A stretch of DNA of 64,000 bases from IMG/VR virus record IMGVR_UViG_3300046747_000409. One strand, 5' to 3'. Below, piece after piece: positions 58,968-64,000 of the stretch. The notes under the pieces are model-generated. The model ran no database searches and had not been told where the DNA came from. It worked only from the letters and a program-made list of their open reading frames with translations. The stretch is from an uncultured virus (IMG/VR IMGVR_UViG_3300046747_000409) (Duplodnaviria; Heunggongvirae; Uroviricota; Caudoviricetes). A program made the position numbers and the translations under genes. The number at the start of each line of letters is the position of its first letter. Within the stretch, counting starts at the first letter, position 1.

Positions 58968-59951
58968 ATGTTCACCCCCCAGCGCCCAGCCGCACCTCCC
59001 ATGCCCGGAGCACCCGCTCCCTTCGGCGCGCCAGCGCAAGCAGCACCACCTGCCTTCGGTGCGCCAGCGGCCCCCGCACCTGCACCTCAGCGCAGCTTCT
59101 GGTGCGCCATCAACGGACAGGCTCAGCTCCTGAACGAGGCGCAAGCGCGGACCATCGATCCGAACACGATGGCGATGGATGAGGCGCAGACCATCGGCTG
59201 GACCCCGATCGGCCAGTTGCTCGGTGCCGCAGCACCTGCCCCGGCTCAGCCCGCGTTTCAGCAACCTGCCTTCCAGCAACCTACTCAACCGGCCTTCCAG
59301 CAACCTGCTCAGCCCGCTTTTCAGCAACCGGCGCAACCGGCGTTCCAGCGGCAGCCTGTGCCAGCGATGCAGCAGCAGCCGTTCGGCCAGCAGCCTCAGC
59401 AGGGCGGATACCCAGCCGCGGCAGCGCCCGCCAACCTGTTCAGCGGCGTCGCTAATGCGTCCGTGACGCGCCGGGGCAACAATCTGACGGGAGGTCAGTA
59501 CGTTGGTCGCTTCGTGAGTGCCGAATACAAGGAAGGTCAGAATGGCATCTACGTGATTGCGGAAGTCGACATCATCATCAGCAATTATATCGAAGGCGAC
59601 CCGATCAACGGCAAGAGCACCCCCGCCGGCCAGCGCGTCAGTATCTTCGTTAAGAAGAACCAGAATTTCGACAGCAACATCAAAGAGATCATGTTGGCGC
59701 TCAGTCCGCACAACCCGGACAACACCATCCGCGAAGACACCGACAACATCCCTCCGCACGAGACTGCCGCGTTGCTGACGCAGCCGTGTCCGTTCGCTGG
59801 CCAGTACGTGTACCTGATGGCCAACGAGACCATGACCAAGGGCGGCCCACAGGCGCCTCCGCATCCGTTCACGCGCATCAACTGGTGGCACTGCCCGAAG
59901 GACGCCGCGGGCAACCCCGACATCGCCAGCATGAACGCGAACTACCGCTGA
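58968..59951 (+). CDS. Putative ssDNA-binding protein with P/Q-rich N-region and GYF_2-like motif
   Basis: AGGAG SD; QPAFQ repeats; beta-rich C-domain; position between helicase and polymerase. Confidence 0.55.
   Translation: MFTPQRPAAPPMPGAPAPFGAPAQAAPPAFGAPAAPAPAPQRSFWCAINGQAQLLNEAQARTIDPNTMAMDEAQTIGWTPIGQLLGAAAPAPAQPAFQQPAFQQPTQPAFQQPAQPAFQQPAQPAFQRQPVPAMQQQPFGQQPQQGGYPAAAAPANLFSGVANASVTRRGNNLTGGQYVGRFVSAEYKEGQNGIYVIAEVDIIISNYIEGDPINGKSTPAGQRVSIFVKKNQNFDSNIKEIMLALSPHNPDNTIREDTDNIPPHETAALLTQPCPFAGQYVYLMANETMTKGGPQAPPHPFTRINWWHCPKDAAGNPDIASMNANYR
59247..59348 (+). repeat. Intragenic QPAFQ(QPA/QPT) tandem repeat, about 5 copies
   Basis: QPAFQQPAFQQPTQPAFQQPAQPAFQQPAQPAFQ. Confidence 0.85.
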
Positions 59952-59960
59952 GCCGTTAGC

Positions 59961-60512
59961 ATGACCCTCCCCTTCCCTGCCTCTATTGCCACAGCCCTGT
60001 CACGTTGCGCCGCTCTCCGGCCGTGCGTCGTGCCGGTGCTGCGGCATGAGGGAAGGGGGAAAGCAAAAACTAAAAGCGACTCGGGGATGATTGACGTATC
60101 GATCTCTCCGATGGGGTGCCTCTCCTACGTGAAGGGTCTTGACGGACGCTATTCACTGGAGGGCGCCCGCATCGCCTTGATCTGCATAGCCACGAGCATG
60201 GTCGAACACCGGACCACTATCCTGGCCGCTGGCCTCAAAGCGCAAATTGACGCGGCGGCCACTGTCGCTGACTTTCAGGCACTCGCGTCTGCGGCTGAGG
60301 GGTGGACAGGGTCCGAACGCAACGACTTTACGGTGATACACGACAACGAGTATCTGCGCATCCATGGCCCCGAGCTCACAGTCAGGTGCGTTGGGCCGTC
60401 CGCGGCCAAAGACGCTCACAAGATCAAGACCGAATGGGAGCGGCTCATCGCTCCTCACCGAGAAGATTGCGAGGCACACTTGCGCGACGCGTTCCTGCAG
60501 GCCCTCGGATGA
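59961..60512 (+). CDS. Hypothetical protein
   Basis: Stop overlaps polymerase ATG. Confidence 0.6.
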   Translation: MTLPFPASIATALSRCAALRPCVVPVLRHEGRGKAKTKSDSGMIDVSISPMGCLSYVKGLDGRYSLEGARIALICIATSMVEHRTTILAAGLKAQIDAAATVADFQALASAAEGWTGSERNDFTVIHDNEYLRIHGPELTVRCVGPSAAKDAHKIKTEWERLIAPHREDCEAHLRDAFLQALG

Positions 60513-62881
60513 TCTTATCCGGGTTCGACTCCGAGACGCACCTCATCAAAGCCGGCGACATCATGCCTCGCTTGGTGTGTGGAACCTGGGACACCGCCGC
60601 GTGGGGCGACCTCGGGGAGGGCTCCAAGGGCGGGTACAGCAACGGCGACCCCGGCCTGATCGAGACCCTGATCTGGATGTTCGAGCAGTGCGCCAATCGC
60701 GCCCTCATTTCCATCATTCAAAACGCGGCCTACGACCTGTGCGTGGTGCTGCGCTACCTCAACGACGTGATGCAAGGTCTGCAGCCCGGTGATCCGGCGC
60801 GAGCGAAGTACTTGTACGAGCTCATCTGGTACGTGCTGGACGTCAGCATGGACGACGAGCTGGCGGGTGGTCGCCCCCTGGTCAGCGACACCATCATCCG
60901 TGAGAAGCTGTTCAACCTGTCGACCCATGGCGGCATCGACAACTGCCGAGGAAAAGACCTCCGCTACGACCTCGCCACCCTGGTCATGAACTACTTCCGA
61001 GTGGACATCAGCAGCCACAAGGTCCAGATGGGCCAGAATGGTCGCGTGTACGACCATCTTGGAAAAGACATCACCGGTAGCGCCCTCGCCGGCAGTCAGT
61101 GGCGCCTGCGCTACAGCGAGCTCGATGGTATCCCGTTTGCGCAGTGGCCAGCAGATGCGTCCGAGTACGCCATCGACGATGCCACGTGGGCGCGCAAGAT
61201 CTACGTCATGCAGGAGGCCAAGCGGGCGCCGCGTGGCTACGGAAGCATGAACTCCGAGAGCCTGCAGGTGTACGCCGACATGGCCCTGCGCCTGTTCAGC
61301 AGCAACGGCTTCCGCATCGACACGCAACAGGTCAACCGGGTGGCCGCGGTCGTCGACCAGATCCTGAACCAATGCGAAGGCGCCCTCAACATCAATGGCA
61401 TCATCCAGAAGGGCTCGGTCAAAATGGCCGCGCTGACGGAGCGGATCGAGCGTGCCTGGAAGTTCAAGAAAGAGGCGGTCATGCTCACCGACGGGGGTGA
61501 GTCGGGAGACAAGAAGACGGCCGCGTCCGCAGAGGTACTGGAAGCCCTCGCCGGCATCGACCCCATCCTCGACTTGTACGCTCGCCGCCAAGAGGTCGTC
61601 AAGCTGCGTGACTCATTCCTCCCGAACCTCCGCAGCGGACACGTCTACACGAACTTCGACGTGCTGAAAGAAACAGGCCGCTGCAGCAGCTACGGCAACT
61701 CGGAGAAGAGCGCCAAGCGCAAACCACTTTATGCTGCGGTCAACATCCAGCAAATCCCGAGAGGGCAAGATGAGAACGTAGAGAAGGGGCACATCGAGAT
61801 TCACGTCCGCGAGTGCTTCCTACCGCCCGAGAACATGATCATGGTCTCGTGCGACTACAGCGCGCTCGAACTGTGTTCGGTCGCGCAGGTCACGTACTCG
61901 TTGTTCGGGCACTCGGTCCACCGCGACAAGAACCTGCTCGGCTACGACCTCCACAGCTTCCTGGGCTCCGGCCTCGCACGCGCACTCCAACCGGCGTTGG
62001 TGGACATGCTGGTCGACCTCGACGAGGCGTACAAGGTTTTCCTGCAGAAGCGTAAGGCAGCCAAAGGAATCAAGGACGAGGACCAGTCGCCTGAGGCCGT
62101 GCGTGCCCGCAAGCTGGTTGACGACATCAAGCTCTTCCGCAATTTCGCCAAGCCGGTAGGCCTGGGCTTCCCCGGGGGGCTGGGGGCCAAGACGCTGGTG
62201 ACGTTCGCCCTCACCACGTACGGCGTGGTCATGACCCTCGATCAGGCGAACGTGTTCCGCGAGCTCTGGCGTGAGATCTACCCGGAGATGCCTGAGTTCT
62301 CCAAGTGGCTCAACAACCAAGTCGACACATCCAACGTCGACTCGAAGGGCGGCGAGACGTACTGGTACGAAACGCAAGGTTTCAACCGGATGCGTGCCGG
62401 AGCGGGTTACTGCGCGGCGATGAACGGCAAGTCGATGCAGTCGCTCTCTTCCGACGGTGCGAAGCGGGGCGTGGCGTGGTTGGCGCGCGCTTGTTACAGC
62501 GGCTACCAGCTCGACCACCCGTACAGCCTCCTGAGTGGATGCGTCCCATCGGCGTTCATTCATGACGAAAATCTCGTCGGCATCGCTGACGACATCATCA
62601 TGACCGAGCGCGCCCTGCTGGTGAGCAAGGTCATGATCGACGCCATGCAGATCAGCATGCCTGACGTCCTGATCGGCTGCGAGCCTGCCGCCATGCGCCG
62701 CTGGACGAAGAAGGCGGAGGCGATCTGGGAAGACGACCACACTCGCGCCAACATGGTCAAGCAGTACCTGTGCGACACGAGCGGCGAGACGTTCTACCGG
62801 AACCTCGTGACCACACTCGGGCCGACGTACAACCCGAACAAGCGCCTGATCCCTTATGACGACGTGCATGCGGTGATCTGA
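60509..62881 (+). CDS. polA: Family A DNA polymerase with 3'-5' exonuclease
   Basis: ExoI FDSET, ExoII NAAYD, ExoIII YAIDD; ETGR.S, NIQQIP, motif A DYSALE, motif B RNFAKPVGLG, motif C IHDE. Confidence 0.95.
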   Translation: MILSGFDSETHLIKAGDIMPRLVCGTWDTAAWGDLGEGSKGGYSNGDPGLIETLIWMFEQCANRALISIIQNAAYDLCVVLRYLNDVMQGLQPGDPARAKYLYELIWYVLDVSMDDELAGGRPLVSDTIIREKLFNLSTHGGIDNCRGKDLRYDLATLVMNYFRVDISSHKVQMGQNGRVYDHLGKDITGSALAGSQWRLRYSELDGIPFAQWPADASEYAIDDATWARKIYVMQEAKRAPRGYGSMNSESLQVYADMALRLFSSNGFRIDTQQVNRVAAVVDQILNQCEGALNINGIIQKGSVKMAALTERIERAWKFKKEAVMLTDGGESGDKKTAASAEVLEALAGIDPILDLYARRQEVVKLRDSFLPNLRSGHVYTNFDVLKETGRCSSYGNSEKSAKRKPLYAAVNIQQIPRGQDENVEKGHIEIHVRECFLPPENMIMVSCDYSALELCSVAQVTYSLFGHSVHRDKNLLGYDLHSFLGSGLARALQPALVDMLVDLDEAYKVFLQKRKAAKGIKDEDQSPEAVRARKLVDDIKLFRNFAKPVGLGFPGGLGAKTLVTFALTTYGVVMTLDQANVFRELWREIYPEMPEFSKWLNNQVDTSNVDSKGGETYWYETQGFNRMRAGAGYCAAMNGKSMQSLSSDGAKRGVAWLARACYSGYQLDHPYSLLSGCVPSAFIHDENLVGIADDIIMTERALLVSKVMIDAMQISMPDVLIGCEPAAMRRWTKKAEAIWEDDHTRANMVKQYLCDTSGETFYRNLVTTLGPTYNPNKRLIPYDDVHAVI

Positions 62882-63021
62882 TGCGCATCGTCTTGCTGCT
62901 CTTTTTCGCTGCCGTGGGTCAGTACCTCTGGCACTTCCTTTGCCGCCCCCGGGTGGTCGCCTTCCTGGCGCGCCGCCGTAGAAAGAATCGAGACGATCAT
63001 GACATTAACCCCAACCCCTGA
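62881..63021 (+). CDS. Small membrane protein (46 aa), not in ORF track
   Basis: TGATG overlap; MRIVLLLFFAAVGQYLWHFL..RRRRK. Confidence 0.45.
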   Translation: MRIVLLLFFAAVGQYLWHFLCRPRVVAFLARRRRKNRDDHDINPNP

Positions 63022-63685
63022 GCAGCAGGCTCGTGACAGCGCACCACAGTGGGTAGGCATGGAAACGTCCCCCGGAGGCATTGCGTACGCTGACGAACCC
63101 ATCCAGAGTAGCGTCAACGACGCTGCGGCGTGCCGGCAACAAGACGCGGACATCGCTGACTGCGTGGCGATGTTGGTCACAGGGCTCACCAAGCCGTGGG
63201 TGATCAAGAACCAGACGCGCTCCGCGTGGATGGGGCAGTACGTGCCCCCGATCCTGTTAGAGGTGGGCTGGCTGTCCTGGCAGTTGAGTACCTGCAACAT
63301 GGCGGTGGCGGACGCCGGAGAGTATCGCAACAACACAGGGCACGGCTCGACCTTCTACGTCAGCGTAGGTACTCAGAAGATCGTGCTGCCCGACAGTAAG
63401 CAGCGGAACAAACTGCAAGGTGAACTGCGTGACTGCCACGAGGCATTCGCAGCTCGTGCACGCAAGATCATCTTGGCCAAGATCGCAGAGTGCCCCGAGG
63501 GCGAACTCGCTCTGGACGAGCAAGTGAGCGGGGTCTGCTGCGGTCAGACTGCGTTCTTCCCGAGCCATCACGACAGCTGCGTGCAACTGATGGCCACGCT
63601 CAACGACGAGCACAAGAAAATCGTCTCGCCGGCTTTCGATCTGCTGAAGGAGCAACTCAAGAGCCTCGCGTTGAGGTCGGCGTGA
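62999..63685 (+). CDS. Hypothetical protein
   Basis: 228-aa ORF; GTGA overlap with next. Confidence 0.6.
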   Translation: MTLTPTPEQQARDSAPQWVGMETSPGGIAYADEPIQSSVNDAAACRQQDADIADCVAMLVTGLTKPWVIKNQTRSAWMGQYVPPILLEVGWLSWQLSTCNMAVADAGEYRNNTGHGSTFYVSVGTQKIVLPDSKQRNKLQGELRDCHEAFAARARKIILAKIAECPEGELALDEQVSGVCCGQTAFFPSHHDSCVQLMATLNDEHKKIVSPAFDLLKEQLKSLALRSA

Positions 63686-64000
63686 CCAGCCTTATCGACC
63701 GCCTCCGCACTACGCCCGTGATCACCTACAAGGTGCGCTTCATCGGCATCGATCCCGACCTGCACAACACCGGGTGGGCGATGGTGACCGCCGAGTGGAC
63801 GACCCCACGCACCGCGGCGACCAAGTACACCGAGCTCAGCGGAGGGCTCCTGAGCGTGAAGTCGTCCCTGCGTGGACTGGACGCGGCCAACGCCTCGATC
63901 ACTCGGCTGGCAGAGCTCATCACCCCGTACGATTTCGATGCAGCGCAGCCCCCGGTGCTGGTCGCTGAAGGACAGCAGGTATACCCAGACCCCGACGCGG
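63682..64000 (+). CDS. RuvC-like Holliday junction resolvase (3' truncated by window)
   Basis: Hand translation: FIGIDPDLHNTGWAMV...VLVAEGQQVY. Confidence 0.75.
   Translation, partial: MTSLIDRLRTTPVITYKVRFIGIDPDLHNTGWAMVTAEWTTPRTAATKYTELSGGLLSVKSSLRGLDAANASITRLAELITPYDFDAAQPPVLVAEGQQVYPDPDA

Noticed and set aside
1..64000. tRNA, rRNA, integrase, transposase, reverse transcriptase/DGR, intein
   Set aside because: No supporting motifs seen by eye; a covariance/HMM search would be needed to exclude them fully

Overview
GC-rich fragment of a large dsDNA bacterial virus, with almost all genes on the + strand. There are four blocks. (1) 1-16.1 kb: putative virion/core module with Arg-rich proteins carrying recurrent (R/K/S)NP motifs, a protamine-like protein, nine C-terminally anchored membrane proteins sharing hydrophobic-x-G-x-G motifs, a C39-like cysteine peptidase, a lipoprotein and a degenerate spermidine-synthase homolog. 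No recognisable terminase, portal, tail or capsid gene is present. (2) 16.2-30 kb: early-type cassettes (beta/gamma-crystallin protein, two glycosyltransferases, Phd-like protein, DUF932, LPD25-like protein, N6-adenine MTase). Nine copies of a covarying triloop-hairpin + TAnnnT promoter element head these cassettes. (3) 30-49.3 kb: translationally coupled small genes, including Toprim-domain, MazG-like, Tad1, NADAR, J-domain and receiver-like proteins. (4) 49.3-64 kb: iteron-rich origin, PrimPol-SF3 primase-helicase, Cas4-like exonuclease, SF2 helicase, putative SSB, family A DNA polymerase and a RuvC-like resolvase cut by the window end. All family calls come from motif recognition by eye; no database search was run.
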